Below, in pieces: positions 29,736 to 40,879 of a DNA stretch of 64,000 nucleotides. The notes under the pieces were generated by a model. It was given only the letters and a program-made list of their open reading frames with translations, was not told where the DNA came from and made no database searches. A program made the translations under genes and the position numbers. Each line of letters starts with the position of its first letter. Position 1 is the stretch's first letter. The stretch comes from an uncultured bacterium (GTDB lineage: Bacteria; Zixibacteria; MSB-5A5; UBA10806), in contig CBEUCH010000015.1 of the NCBI GenBank assembly GCA_965541585.1, positions 22,317 through 86,316 on the forward strand, written 5' to 3'.

Positions 29736-31286
29736 ATGGCGAAAAAGGATATCAAAAAGAATTCCGAAAGTTTCGAAAAAACACTATTTAAAGCAGCGGA
29801 CAAATTAAGAAAAAACATAGACGCGGCTGAGTATAAGCATATTGTACTCGGCCTTATTTTTTTGAAGTATATTTCTGACTCATTTGAGGAATTACACATA
29901 AACCTCCTGGCAGGCAAAGGCGAATACAAAGGAGCCGATCCTGAAGATGCCGATGAATACCGTGCTGAGAATGTCTTCTGGGTTCCCAAGGTTGCTCGCT
30001 GGTCGCATCTTCACTCACGAGCCAAACAGCCAACTATCGGAAAAGATGTTGACGATGCAATGGAGGCAATCGAAAAAGAGAACAAGACCCTCAAAGGTAT
30101 CCTCCCCAAAGTTTTCGCCAAACCAAATCTCGACAAGACTTCATTAGGTGGGCTGATTGACATGATCGGCAACATTGCTCTTGGTGATGAGGCTTCAAAG
30201 AGCAAAGATATACTTGGTCGAGTCTATGAGTATTTTCTTGGCGAATTTGCTTTGGCAGAAGGCAAGAAAGGCGGACAGTTCTTTACTCCCAAGTCAATCG
30301 TCCAGACTATGGTCGAAATGATCGCACCCTACAAGGGCAGGGTATTTGACCCCTGCTGTGGTTCTGGCGGAATGTTTGTAATGAGTGAGAAGTTCGTTGC
30401 CAGCCATAAAGGTAAGGTCAACGATATTTCCATATACGGTCAGGAAAGCAACCAGACTACTTATCGCTTGTGCAGAATGAACCTGGCATTGCGTGGCATC
30501 GATGGCTCGCAGGTTAAGTGGAACAATGAAGGCTCCTTTCTAAAGGATGAACACAGGGACTTGAAGGCCGATTTCATTCTGGCTAATCCGCCATTCAATG
30601 ATAGTGACTGGAGCGGTCAACTCCTGAGAAAAGACCCTCGTTGGCAGTACGGCGCACCACCCACTGGGAATGCCAACTATGCGTGGATGCAACACATGAT
30701 TTATCATTTGTCCCCAAAAGGGATTATGGGATTGGTGCTTGCCAATGGGTCGCTCTCTTCGAATACATCTGGCGAAGGGGACATCCGTAATAGTATTATA
30801 GGTGCTGACTTGGTGGATTGCATTGTCGCTCTGCCAAAGAATCTTTTCTATAACGTCACTATTCCTGCGTGCCTTTGGTTTCTTTCCCGTAAACGGACAG
30901 GCAATGGTAATAGGAAACGCTCGGGCGAGATTCTTTTCATAGATGCTACCGAAGTAGGCCACATGATTGATCGCACTCATCGGGTGTTTACCGATGAGGA
31001 TGTGTTGAGACTTGCCAACACCTACCATGAGTGGAGAAAAGAGAATGGCAACTATGAAGATATCAAGGGCTTTTGCAAATCTGCCGCACTCAAGAACGTA
31101 GAAAAGCACAAATTCGTCCTCACACCAGGGCGTTATGTCGGCATTCCCGACGAAGAAGATGACGGTATTCCTTTTGATGAAAAGATGAAATCGCTTACTG
31201 GTGAATTGGCCCAACAAATGTCAGACGAAAAGCGGCTCGATAGTGAGATACAGAAGCAGCTAAAGAATGTCGGGTATAACATTTAG
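29736..31286 (+). CDS. hsdM: Type I RM methyltransferase subunit
   Basis: [29 protein letters not shown]. Confidence 0.96.
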   Translation: MAKKDIKKNSESFEKTLFKAADKLRKNIDAAEYKHIVLGLIFLKYISDSFEELHINLLAGKGEYKGADPEDADEYRAENVFWVPKVARWSHLHSRAKQPTIGKDVDDAMEAIEKENKTLKGILPKVFAKPNLDKTSLGGLIDMIGNIALGDEASKSKDILGRVYEYFLGEFALAEGKKGGQFFTPKSIVQTMVEMIAPYKGRVFDPCCGSGGMFVMSEKFVASHKGKVNDISIYGQESNQTTYRLCRMNLALRGIDGSQVKWNNEGSFLKDEHRDLKADFILANPPFNDSDWSGQLLRKDPRWQYGAPPTGNANYAWMQHMIYHLSPKGIMGLVLANGSLSSNTSGEGDIRNSIIGADLVDCIVALPKNLFYNVTIPACLWFLSRKRTGNGNRKRSGEILFIDATEVGHMIDRTHRVFTDEDVLRLANTYHEWRKENGNYEDIKGFCKSAALKNVEKHKFVLTPGRYVGIPDEEDDGIPFDEKMKSLTGELAQQMSDEKRLDSEIQKQLKNVGYNI

Positions 31287-31306
31287 CCGAGAACTAACTT
31301 GAGGTT

Positions 31307-32170
31307 ATGGCAAAATTAGGCATTTCAGAGTTTTCATTCAGCTTTTCTTTTCTGCATGAGCAGGTAAATAGAAATGGTAGACCATTCTGTGTTCCTGTAT
31401 TACCCTCTCTGCGTAGAGAATCTGATGTAGGGTATGATGCTAAGCTTCCTAAAAAGGGGATTGACTACTATTTCCAATTCAAAATGAGTGATTACTTGCG
31501 AGGTGGAAATGCCAAATTTATTAAGGATGGCACATATAGAAGTCTTTACTATCGAATTGCTCTGCATAAGGCCAAGAAGAACAAACAGCACAATCTTCTC
31601 TATATGCTTTCTCAAAAGAACCCATATGTTTACTACGTTGCACCTAAGCTAAGAACAGATCAGTCATTTTATGATGCTTGTGTAAGAAGGTTAGTTACGG
31701 TGAGTTCAATGATGATTCCAGTGGATTCCTGTGGTTATGTCAGCGATTCGCTTCAACACTTTGTGACATATCCAGAATTTGGCTATGAGTGGCATTTCCA
31801 TTCAAAGCCCAAGCGATTTGATAATGCAATTGAAGGGGAGCGGATAGTTTCGCACTTCGCAGAAAGTTCTAAGAACTGGGTGGCTATCAACAAGGAATTC
31901 GCTTTGAATGTTTATGAACGAATAAAGCAATCAACATATGTATATCAGAGTGGTGATTTTGAAGGGATAGAAGATAATACGAGGAAAGCTATAGGCGATG
32001 ACAAAAGATTAGGTATCGTAGGCGTAGAAACCAAAAAGCCAACTTTCAATGTTGAAGAGTTCTTTGATCGGAATATAAAAAAGTCAGATACTTTTACGAT
32101 ATTGCAGAGAGCATCCGCTATTGCGATGATGTTATATGGTTCAGCACTGATGATAGTCGGTGAAAACTAA
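31307..32170 (+). CDS. Hypothetical protein, probable PD-(D/E)xK-type nuclease fold
   Basis: SE...PSLRRESDVGYD...FQFK pattern; lies between hsdM and hsdS. Confidence 0.55.
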   Translation: MAKLGISEFSFSFSFLHEQVNRNGRPFCVPVLPSLRRESDVGYDAKLPKKGIDYYFQFKMSDYLRGGNAKFIKDGTYRSLYYRIALHKAKKNKQHNLLYMLSQKNPYVYYVAPKLRTDQSFYDACVRRLVTVSSMMIPVDSCGYVSDSLQHFVTYPEFGYEWHFHSKPKRFDNAIEGERIVSHFAESSKNWVAINKEFALNVYERIKQSTYVYQSGDFEGIEDNTRKAIGDDKRLGIVGVETKKPTFNVEEFFDRNIKKSDTFTILQRASAIAMMLYGSALMIVGEN

Positions 32171-32175
32171 CAATT

Positions 32176-33345
32176 ATGAACAAGACTGATTCAAAGCAAA
32201 TACCTGATGGATGGAAAGAAACAACATTGGGAGCACTTGTTACCTTTCAACGTGGTCATGATTTGCCGAGATCTAAAATGGTTGATGGTTCTTTTCCAAT
32301 CATGGGGTCAAATGGTATTATTGGATTTCATAACCAAAGTACAACAAAAGCTCCAGGCGTGACAATCGGTAGAAGTGGTAATATTGGAAGAGCCTTTTTA
32401 GTGAAAAGAGATTATTGGGCGCATAACACAACATTATATTCCAAACAGTTTCATGATTCGGATCCTGTTTTTGTATATTATTTAGTGAAAAACCTAAAAT
32501 TTGAAAGATTCAATTCGGGTAGTGCTGTTCCAAGTTTAAATAGAAACTTCATTCATCCGATTCAGCTAAATGCTCCAATTATCTTTGAACAAAAAGCCAT
32601 TGCCAGGGTTTTATCCTCTCTCGATGACAAGATTGAGTTGCTACGCAAGCAGAATGAAACCCTTGAAGCGATAGCACAGACAATCTTCAAAGAGTGGTTT
32701 GTGAACTTCAACTTCCCTGACAAAAATGGAAAGCCGTTCAAGGACGGCGGCGGCAAGATGATCGACTCCGAGCTGGGCGAGATTCCTGACGGGTGGAGAG
32801 TGGGTAAACTCGGCGACGAGTTTGGCATACTAATGGGGCAATCGCCACCTGGAACAAGCTACAATGAAGAAAGCGAAGGGGTTGTATTTTTTCAGGGCAG
32901 AACTGATTTTCAAGAACGATTTCCAAAAGTTAGGCTCTATACAACAGAACCCAAGAGAATCGCTGAAGCATTTGATGTATTGGTAAGCGTAAGAGCACCA
33001 GTCGGTGATGTTAATGTTGCCATTGAAACCTGCTGCATTGGTCGAGGTCTAAGCTCTGTAAGAGGACAGCAACAATCCTACACATTGTACAAAATGAAGT
33101 TTTTGGGAGACGTATTGCGACGATTCGATGCAGAAGGGACAGTTTTTGGGTCAATTAGCAAAGATGATTTCAAGAGTATTGAAGTCCTGACACCGATGGA
33201 AGAATGGATAAACTCATTTGAGAACACAGTCAATCCATTGGATCAGAAAATACTCTCAAATTATAAGCAAATACAAACATTAACTCGACTACGAGACATT
33301 CTGCTGCCCAAGTTGATGAGTGGGCAGGTGAGGGTGAGGATGTAG
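32176..33345 (+). CDS. hsdS: Type I RM specificity subunit
   Basis: IPDGW twice, EQKAIARVLSSLDDKIEL, LRDILLPKLMSG. Confidence 0.95.
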   Translation: MNKTDSKQIPDGWKETTLGALVTFQRGHDLPRSKMVDGSFPIMGSNGIIGFHNQSTTKAPGVTIGRSGNIGRAFLVKRDYWAHNTTLYSKQFHDSDPVFVYYLVKNLKFERFNSGSAVPSLNRNFIHPIQLNAPIIFEQKAIARVLSSLDDKIELLRKQNETLEAIAQTIFKEWFVNFNFPDKNGKPFKDGGGKMIDSELGEIPDGWRVGKLGDEFGILMGQSPPGTSYNEESEGVVFFQGRTDFQERFPKVRLYTTEPKRIAEAFDVLVSVRAPVGDVNVAIETCCIGRGLSSVRGQQQSYTLYKMKFLGDVLRRFDAEGTVFGSISKDDFKSIEVLTPMEEWINSFENTVNPLDQKILSNYKQIQTLTRLRDILLPKLMSGQVRVRM

Positions 33346-33360
33346 AAGGAGGGAATCAAA

Positions 33361-33726
33361 ATGGAAAGGTATATTCTAACAACCTATGATAAGAACAGAT
33401 TAAGCTCCTATCCTATGATAATTTCAATACACGGTAAATCGTGGTGTTGTAAGCAGGCTCGAATCCTTGTTCAAAGTATGGATGGTGGTTTCATAACTGC
33501 TAACTGTATGAAATGTAATAATAAAACGAATGTATTGATTGACGAATTTCAATCTTTTGATAGAGACGTAAACTGTCCCAAATGTGGTATGGTTATGTCT
33601 CCTGCTTATGTCCCTGATGGAAGTAAAATTGAAGAACGTAACTATGGTTTTAAGTGCATGAAATGTGATATTTATATATGGGCATCTGATTTAATTCCAT
33701 ATTATGAAGATTTTCCATATAGATAA
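33361..33726 (+). CDS. Small Cys-rich (zinc-ribbon) protein
   Basis: WCC, CMKC, CPKC, CMKC; GGAGG SD; lies between hsdS and hsdR. Confidence 0.65.
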   Translation: MERYILTTYDKNRLSSYPMIISIHGKSWCCKQARILVQSMDGGFITANCMKCNNKTNVLIDEFQSFDRDVNCPKCGMVMSPAYVPDGSKIEERNYGFKCMKCDIYIWASDLIPYYEDFPYR

Positions 33727-33734
33727 TAAGAAAC

Positions 33735-36700
33735 ATGACAAGAGACAAAATCACAGAAGATGCAGTCGAACAGGTAGCCATAGAGCTACTCGAAGAGCAG
33801 GGATACCACTACCTCACTCCCGAACAGTGGGAGGCTGAACGAGGGGACCTATCCAATGTTCTCTTGAGGGATCGTCTGAAAACTGCCATTGATAAACTTA
33901 ACCCGATAATTCCGCAGGAAGCGAAAGAACAAGCCTTACGAGTAGTGTCGAATCTTCCCAGTCAGAATTTGGTGGAGAACAACGAGACGTTTCATCGGAT
34001 GTTGACCGATGGAATTGACGTTGAATATATGGGAGATGATGGCATTAAAGGTGATAAGGTCTGGCTTATTGATTTCAAAGAACTCACCGAAAATGACCTG
34101 GTCGTTTGTAATCAGTTTACGGTTATCCAGGACAGCCTCAACAAACGCCCAGACGTGGTGCTGTTTGTTAATGGATTGCCACTTGTTGTGATAGAGTTGA
34201 AAAATCCAGCTGATGAAAACGCTACTGTTAAGAAAGCATATACCCAGCTCCAGAATTACAAGAACGCAATCCCCAATCTGTTTTATTATAATGGAATTTT
34301 AATAGCTTCTGATGGCCTGGACGCAAAGGTTGGATCATTGACTGCAGGTTGGTCTCGGTTCATGGTCTGGAAAACGAGCGATGGAGCCAAGGAAGATAAG
34401 GTCACTATTCCTCAAATGGAAACCGTCATCAGAGGTATGCTGAGACCCGATGTACTGTTTGACCTTATAAAGCAGTTCACTGTCTTTGAAAAAACCAAAA
34501 AAGAGGACACCAAGACCAGATTCACAACAATAGAAACAGCTAAGAAGATAGCGGCATATCACCAGTATTATGCCGTCAAGAAAGCAGTTGAATCTACCAA
34601 GCGGGCCGCCAGTGATAATGGAAGTAGAAAAGGTGGCGTTGTCTGGCATACGCAAGGCAGCGGTAAATCTCTTTCCATGGTGTTCTATTCAGGACAGACA
34701 GTATTAGAACTTGATAACCCAACGATTGTAGTAATTACCGATAGAAATGATCTTGATGATCAGCTATTTGATACTTTCGCGGGTTGTAAACAGCTATTAA
34801 GACAAGAGCCAGTACAGGCGGAGAATCGGGAACACCTAAAAAAACTACTCAAGGTTGCTGGCGGCGGTATCGTATTCACGACAATTCAGAAGTTCTCGCC
34901 TGAAGACGGCGGAGATGTATTTGATCTATTATCTGACAGAAAAAACATCGTTGTAATAGCCGACGAAGCCCATAGGAGCCAGTACGGATTCGGCGCCAAG
35001 ACTATCGTGCGAAATAATGAAGCATATACCAGTTATGGCTTCGCTAAGTATCTCAGGGATGCCCTTCCAAAAGCGACCTTCATTGGATTTACAGGCACAC
35101 CTATTGAAAAAGAAGACAGATCAACGCGAGCAGTCTTTGGCAATGAAATTGATATCTATGATATTTCTCAGGCTGTCAAAGACGGAGCAACTGTTCGTAT
35201 TTACTATGAATCCCGATTAGCTAAAGTCCACCTGAAACCCGAGGAGAAAGATAAGCTCGACGCTGAAGTTGAAAGAATAACTGAAGGTGAAGAATCGACT
35301 GCGAAGGAAAAGGCAAAAGCCAAATGGACTCAACTCGAAGCAATAGTTGGGCATCGGGATAGGCTAAAATCTGTCGCCAAAGATATTATCGATCATTTTG
35401 AGAGGCGGGAGGAAGTATTTGACGGTAAGGCCCTAATTGTGACTACGAGCCGTCGCATAGCTGTTGAGTTATACGAAAAAATAATGGCCTTACGTCCACA
35501 TTGGCATGGCGACGATAAGAGAAAAGGCGAGATCAAGGTAATAATGACCTCCAGTTCCAGCGATCCTCAAAGCTGGCAAAAGCATAATACAACAAAGCAG
35601 GACAGAAAAGACATTGGGGAAAGGTTCAAAGACCCGAATGATAGGCTGAAATTCGTTATAGTTAGGGATATGTGGCTTACAGGCTTTGATGCCCCTTGTC
35701 TCCACACCATGTACGTTGATAAGCTGATGCGAGGACATAACCTAATGCAGGCCATAGCGCGCGTGAATAGGGTTTTCAAAGATAAACCTGGCGGCCTCAT
35801 TGTTGACTATATCGGAATTGGATACGATCTCAAAAAAGCGATGGCAACCTATTCTGAAAGCGGTGGGGAGGGTGAACCAACTTTGGATATTGATGAAGCT
35901 ATCGCGACAATGCTGGAGAAGTACGAAATCGTTGCTCAAATGTTTGATGGTTTTGATTATAAGCGATATTTTACAGCCAATACTAAAGACAAGATGACAA
36001 TCATCTTGGAAGCCCAGGAGCATATTCTCGGTCTGGACGACGGCAAGAACAGATTTGTAAGACAGGTGATTCTGCTTTCAAAAGCCTTTGCCCTATCCGT
36101 GCCAAATGAAGAGGCAATGGCGATTAAGGATGATATTGGCTTCTTTCAAACGGTAAAGGCTCGTCTCACGAAATTCACTCCAACAGGAGGCGGTAAGTCT
36201 GACGAGGAGATAGAAACAGCAATACGGCAGATTGTCGATAAAGCCATAGTTTCAGAAGGAGTAGTCGATATATTTGCTGCTGCTGGTATCAAGAAGCCTG
36301 ATATTTCGATATTGTCGGATGAATTTATGGCTGAAATTAAAGGTATGAAACGAAAGAACCTAGCTTTTGAATTATTAAAGAAAATCTTGTCCGACGAAAT
36401 CAGGCTCAGATTGACCAGAAACCTAATTCATGGCAAAAAGCTATCTGAACTGTTGGAAAACGCTATTAAGAAATACCAGAATAACCTCCTGACCGCGTTT
36501 CAAGTTATTGAAGAATTGATTGAACTGGCTAAACACATCAAGTCCGAAGATGAGCGCGGCAAAGAGATGAATTTGTCCGCAGATGAAATTGCATTCTACG
36601 ATGCTTTGGCAGATAACGATAGCGCAAAAGAAGTTCTCGGCGATGACACACTACGAGAGCTTGCTAGAATATTGGTCGAGAAAGTTCGCGCTAATACGTC

Positions 36701-36857
36701 AATTGACTGGACAATTAAGGAGAGTGTTCAGGCCAAATTGCGGACAATAATCAAGAGAACGCTACGCAAGTTCGGCTACCCGCCTGATAAGCAGTTGTTG
36801 GCAACCGAGAATATTCTTAAACAAGCGGAGTTGTTTGCAAATGAATGGGCTGCGTAG
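33735..36857 (+). CDS. hsdR: Type I RM restriction subunit
   Basis: RPDVVLFVNGLPLVVIELK, HTQGSGKS, DEAHRSQY, MWLTGFD, QAIARVNR, YGYPPD-like C-terminus. Confidence 0.96.
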   Translation: MTRDKITEDAVEQVAIELLEEQGYHYLTPEQWEAERGDLSNVLLRDRLKTAIDKLNPIIPQEAKEQALRVVSNLPSQNLVENNETFHRMLTDGIDVEYMGDDGIKGDKVWLIDFKELTENDLVVCNQFTVIQDSLNKRPDVVLFVNGLPLVVIELKNPADENATVKKAYTQLQNYKNAIPNLFYYNGILIASDGLDAKVGSLTAGWSRFMVWKTSDGAKEDKVTIPQMETVIRGMLRPDVLFDLIKQFTVFEKTKKEDTKTRFTTIETAKKIAAYHQYYAVKKAVESTKRAASDNGSRKGGVVWHTQGSGKSLSMVFYSGQTVLELDNPTIVVITDRNDLDDQLFDTFAGCKQLLRQEPVQAENREHLKKLLKVAGGGIVFTTIQKFSPEDGGDVFDLLSDRKNIVVIADEAHRSQYGFGAKTIVRNNEAYTSYGFAKYLRDALPKATFIGFTGTPIEKEDRSTRAVFGNEIDIYDISQAVKDGATVRIYYESRLAKVHLKPEEKDKLDAEVERITEGEESTAKEKAKAKWTQLEAIVGHRDRLKSVAKDIIDHFERREEVFDGKALIVTTSRRIAVELYEKIMALRPHWHGDDKRKGEIKVIMTSSSSDPQSWQKHNTTKQDRKDIGERFKDPNDRLKFVIVRDMWLTGFDAPCLHTMYVDKLMRGHNLMQAIARVNRVFKDKPGGLIVDYIGIGYDLKKAMATYSESGGEGEPTLDIDEAIATMLEKYEIVAQMFDGFDYKRYFTANTKDKMTIILEAQEHILGLDDGKNRFVRQVILLSKAFALSVPNEEAMAIKDDIGFFQTVKARLTKFTPTGGGKSDEEIETAIRQIVDKAIVSEGVVDIFAAAGIKKPDISILSDEFMAEIKGMKRKNLAFELLKKILSDEIRLRLTRNLIHGKKLSELLENAIKKYQNNLLTAFQVIEELIELAKHIKSEDERGKEMNLSADEIAFYDALADNDSAKEVLGDDTLRELARILVEKVRANTSIDWTIKESVQAKLRTIIKRTLRKFGYPPDKQLLATENILKQAELFANEWAA

Positions 36858-36957
36858 ATGTCAGGAATTTATTTATGAATATTTTGAACCAAACATAACT
36901 TGAAGTCCACGAGCAGAAGATAAAAACAAAATAGGCGAGGTTTGGGGGGAATGACAT

Positions 36958-39450
36958 ATGATAAATAAAATAATTAAATTGAACAATCTTGGTCTCTTCA
37001 AAGGATCAACATGGGCAGATAGTGATCTCCAGTTTGGGAAGGTCAATCTCCTTTACGGATTTACTGGGAGCGGGAAAACAATGCTTTCCAATGTTCTAAG
37101 GATGTTCAGCAAAGACTTACCCAGTGATGAACAATGTGCGATCCTGGACCAACTGCGCAATAAGGAGAGTGTGGATGTTGAGATTGAGCTACTATGGGAT
37201 AGTAAAAAGGTAAGATCCTTCTCTGAAAGAAAGAGCATTTTCGTGTTCAACTCACATTTTGTGAATGAACATGTCTATGACGGCTCAAGCTCAAAGCTAA
37301 AACACTTTAAGGCAAGTGTTGTTACAACAGAGCATCTCAAGAATCCAGAAATAAAAAAATCGGAGGACTCTATATCAGTTAAGCAACAACAGTATGAGCA
37401 GAATCAGAAGCAGATCACGCAGTTGTCCGAGCTGGCGCGTACAACAAGGGCTAATCTCTCAAACCTGTGGAACGCGTCTATTTCTGGTCCCAGACTACCG
37501 CAAAATCTAAATCTCAACAATCCCGAGATCATCCCTCATGGGGCCTCAGAAATTACGCTTGATGAACTTGAGAACCAATTGGCGGATCATTATCGAAAGT
37601 TCAAGGTCACAAAAAGTAATTATGATCTGCAAAAGGATGAAAAAACACTGGAAGAAAGGACCTTTGAAAAACTCACCATCCCATTAGCAATAGAGTCACA
37701 ACTACAAAAGGATATTTCGCAGGAGGCCTACAAGAAAATAAAGGGGAGGCTGGACACTCTCAAAGAGTCAGAACTCAAGCATTCAAGCGTTCAGGAATGG
37801 TTTGAAGACGGTGTTGTGCTCCTGACTGACTCAAAGGATAGGCAGAAATGCCCTCTTTGTGATAGCGACATTCCCAATATAAGAGAGATCATCGAGGACT
37901 ATAACAGTTTCTTCAATGAGGAATTTGTAGGACTTCAAAAGGCCCTCGCTGCGGAAGTGCAGCAATTGAACACAATCTTAGAAACGGCAAGGAATGATAA
38001 GGACCGATTTGATATTCTTAGCAAGATTATTCATAAATATCAGTTTATAGAGAAACTCACAAAGGACCAGAAATCCTTGCTACAGGAATATTCCATTATC
38101 GAGCTTGAAGACGTTGTAAATTCTGCCAAGAACCTTGTTGTTAAGAAACAAAAACAACTGGAAACGCTGTTCTTCGATAAGGACTTAGCCCCGATCCGTG
38201 ATGCACTAGAAGAAATCAGAGCATACAACAAGACCATTGATAAGATTGAAACTCTTAGGAAAAAAGCACTGGTTGAGTTGAAGAGGAGTAGCTTCAATCT
38301 CAATACGGCAAAAGAGACCGCAAAAGATTGTTTCTGGAAGAAATTCGATACCCTCGGGCATGTCTATGCAAAGAAATACGCGAGGAGCAACGAAGGTAAG
38401 AAAACAGATCAGATGGGAGGAATCGAATTCTACAAATACCTGATTGAAATAAATGAGTGCTTAAGCAGGGAAATAGGGCAATGTAGGAAAGACAAGCTAG
38501 TTTTATTATCAAAACTGAAGAAAGAATCAGAGTTTGTGAATTCATTTCTCCAGCAGTTGTGTATTGCAAACTTCAAGATCAGAGTCGGCGATAAGGAAGA
38601 AGACGATATAGAGGTTATATACGGTGACGGTGTAACCAAGAAAGGAATAAAGTATTCGTTAAGTGAGGGGGAGAAAACTGCTCTCGCTTTCGCGTATTTT
38701 CTCAGTAAGGTCAAGTATGAAATTTTAGATAACACACAGAGTAGACTGAAAGACCATGTAATGGTCATTGACGACCCAGTATCAAGTCTTGACGAAAACA
38801 GGCTATTCTCAACAGCATTACTCATAAAAGCAATGTTTGCTAGAGATTCAAAGCAATTATTCGTATTCAGCCATAATCTTGTGTTTTTGAAATTTATGGG
38901 CAGCGTTCTCGGGAAAGTGGATAATGAGGAGCGAAAGGATTTCTATCTGGAGAATGGGAAGATTGAGGGATTGCCAAAAACATTGCAGAACTTTCAAACA
39001 TCGTACTTTTACAAGCTTGGAAGATTACAGGCCTATCTTGATGGGGAAGTGGATTACGAATCCGCGAAGGACGTGATTCCGAATTGTGCGCGAATAGTCT
39101 TGGAGTCATTTCTTTCTTTCAAATTGTGCCGTCTGAAGCAGGGTAGCGGTGCGAGTAACAGGTATAAGTCCGCTGGATTGGACAGGTTGATACCGGCAAT
39201 AGATGGCGTTAGCCTAACTGGTTTTACGCCGGTTGGCAATATCAATGACAAAAAAAGTCTGGTTCAAACGCTGTGCGAGATTAAGAACAGGGTGGATCCT
39301 GAAAGTCATGGAACGCCACAGGATATCACTGAGTTTGAGTTCCTGCCTGAATCTGAACTAAAGAAAGTCACCCATAATACTCTCGATGTAATTGCATTCT
39401 TAGATCAGATCCATATTCGGGAGGTAAGCCGACTGGGCACACAAGGTTAG
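36958..39450 (+). CDS. RloC-like ABC-ATPase (SMC-like) with zinc hook and HEPN-like C-terminus
   Basis: Walker A GFTGSGKT, CPLC hook within coiled coil, LSEGE signature, VIDDPVSSLD, FSHN, NCARIVLESFL and RVDPESH (Rx5H). Confidence 0.8.
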   Translation: MINKIIKLNNLGLFKGSTWADSDLQFGKVNLLYGFTGSGKTMLSNVLRMFSKDLPSDEQCAILDQLRNKESVDVEIELLWDSKKVRSFSERKSIFVFNSHFVNEHVYDGSSSKLKHFKASVVTTEHLKNPEIKKSEDSISVKQQQYEQNQKQITQLSELARTTRANLSNLWNASISGPRLPQNLNLNNPEIIPHGASEITLDELENQLADHYRKFKVTKSNYDLQKDEKTLEERTFEKLTIPLAIESQLQKDISQEAYKKIKGRLDTLKESELKHSSVQEWFEDGVVLLTDSKDRQKCPLCDSDIPNIREIIEDYNSFFNEEFVGLQKALAAEVQQLNTILETARNDKDRFDILSKIIHKYQFIEKLTKDQKSLLQEYSIIELEDVVNSAKNLVVKKQKQLETLFFDKDLAPIRDALEEIRAYNKTIDKIETLRKKALVELKRSSFNLNTAKETAKDCFWKKFDTLGHVYAKKYARSNEGKKTDQMGGIEFYKYLIEINECLSREIGQCRKDKLVLLSKLKKESEFVNSFLQQLCIANFKIRVGDKEEDDIEVIYGDGVTKKGIKYSLSEGEKTALAFAYFLSKVKYEILDNTQSRLKDHVMVIDDPVSSLDENRLFSTALLIKAMFARDSKQLFVFSHNLVFLKFMGSVLGKVDNEERKDFYLENGKIEGLPKTLQNFQTSYFYKLGRLQAYLDGEVDYESAKDVIPNCARIVLESFLSFKLCRLKQGSGASNRYKSAGLDRLIPAIDGVSLTGFTPVGNINDKKSLVQTLCEIKNRVDPESHGTPQDITEFEFLPESELKKVTHNTLDVIAFLDQIHIREVSRLGTQG

Positions 39451-39817
39451 GTGTTGAATTGGATGAACCTCATCACAGTTTTGTGGATATTATAGCGCAG
39501 TTGTTTTGCTCGGAAGATATCTGGCTTTGAAAAAGGTTCGAACATCCTTATCCGAATCGATCATTATGGTATAACTCGCCCCGTTTAATAGCCGACGATG
39601 GTGCCATCAGTAACTTCAGGCCGCCTCCATTTGATGGTATAAGAATGAAGCTTGCTTCACACGAGGTCTGCTATTTTTGGATGCAATAAGATACGATCTG
39701 GATCGATCAATCTGGGCCGTATAACCGCAATAAAATCCTTGCCGTATGGGCCATGTTTCTCCTAGAATTTCCACAATAAAGGCGTTTGAGCATTTGAGAA
39801 TAGACTAGGAAACCAAA

Positions 39818-40546
39818 GTGACAGTCAAAAAAAAGAAGACTCGGCGGAGCAGGCAATTAGTTCTAGGCCATTTAGAACGGATTTCGAGTAAAGTATTTTC
39901 TGACTTCCCAAAGCAACTTACAGATTTAGTGAGCAAACAACACGGTGTTTACGCCCTTTATAAGGGCAACCGTCTCTATTATGTTGGGCTTGCCAGCAAT
40001 TTGAGAAATAGAATCAGACATCATTTGCGAGACAGACATGCAGGGAAGTGGGACAAATTCAGCCTTTATCTGGTAAGAAAAGCTGATCATATAAAAGAGC
40101 TTGAATCATTGATCTTGCGAATTGCGGATCCAACAGGAAATGCAATAAGGGGGGGATTGGCCCGAGCCGAGAATTTGAGATTTGAACTTCAGGCAAAAAT
40201 AAAAGCAGCCCAGGAGAAACAACTATTTAGCCTACTTGGCGCCAAGAAGAGGATAAAACTAAAGCAGAGAAGGTCTCGACCGCAAAGAAAGGTCAAGATG
40301 GCTTCTAAACCTGCTTTAGCTCCCTACGTCAAAAGGCGTTTTAAGATTCGTGCCAGAGATCGTGGAAAATTGTTCGAAGCGAGAGTTAGGAGCAATGGCA
40401 CAATCAATTTCAACGGGAATCTTTTTAATTCACCGTCTGGCGCTGGAAAGGCCGCAACCGGTCGTTTAAAAAATGGATGGTGGTTCTGGCATTTCAAGAA
40501 TAAGAAAGGTGAATGGGTGCGTCTGAGGGAGTTGAGGCGTAAGTAG
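39818..40546 (+). CDS. GIY-YIG nuclease fused to a RAMA-like domain
   Basis: GVYALY...YYVGLASNLRNRIRHH...ELES; C-terminal FNSPSGAG...NGWWFW. Confidence 0.75.
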   Translation: MTVKKKKTRRSRQLVLGHLERISSKVFSDFPKQLTDLVSKQHGVYALYKGNRLYYVGLASNLRNRIRHHLRDRHAGKWDKFSLYLVRKADHIKELESLILRIADPTGNAIRGGLARAENLRFELQAKIKAAQEKQLFSLLGAKKRIKLKQRRSRPQRKVKMASKPALAPYVKRRFKIRARDRGKLFEARVRSNGTINFNGNLFNSPSGAGKAATGRLKNGWWFWHFKNKKGEWVRLRELRRK

Positions 40547-40568
40547 GTAATACAGAAGGAGGTTTGTA

Positions 40569-40682
40569 ATGGCAGCTAAAAGAAGAGTCCGTTGCTCGGG
40601 CAAGACATCAGCAGGCAAAAGGTGTAAACGCAAGGTGGCGCTTCCTGCGAAACGCTGCCATCTTCACAAGAGACAAAGATAA
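40569..40682 (+). CDS. 37-aa basic zinc-finger-like micro-protein (not in the ORF track)
   Basis: MAAKRRVRCSGKTSAGKRCKRKVALPAKRCHLHKRQR; AAGGAGGT SD; followed by a terminator. Confidence 0.7.
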   Translation: MAAKRRVRCSGKTSAGKRCKRKVALPAKRCHLHKRQR

Positions 40683-40693
40683 TGACCTGTCTT

Positions 40694-40724
40694 AGGCGGT
40701 TGGATTCATTCCAGCCGCCTTTTT
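40694..40724 (+). terminator. Rho-independent terminator
   Basis: AGGCGGTTGG...CCAGCCGCCT followed by TTTT. Confidence 0.75.
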
Positions 40725-40879
40725 AAATGATTATGGCATATTACCTTGACAGTATAGTTGTCTAAATATTATGGTTTAGAAATGGCTGAATTCTGCGGAG
40801 AATGCTGGGAAAAGATGGGAGCACCTCCAAAGGTCAACAGAATTTGACGCTTTTATAAGTGTTTGGAGAGTGAGGCATG

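Noticed and set aside
30540..31217. 225-aa minus-strand ORF
   Set aside because: Entirely antisense to hsdM.
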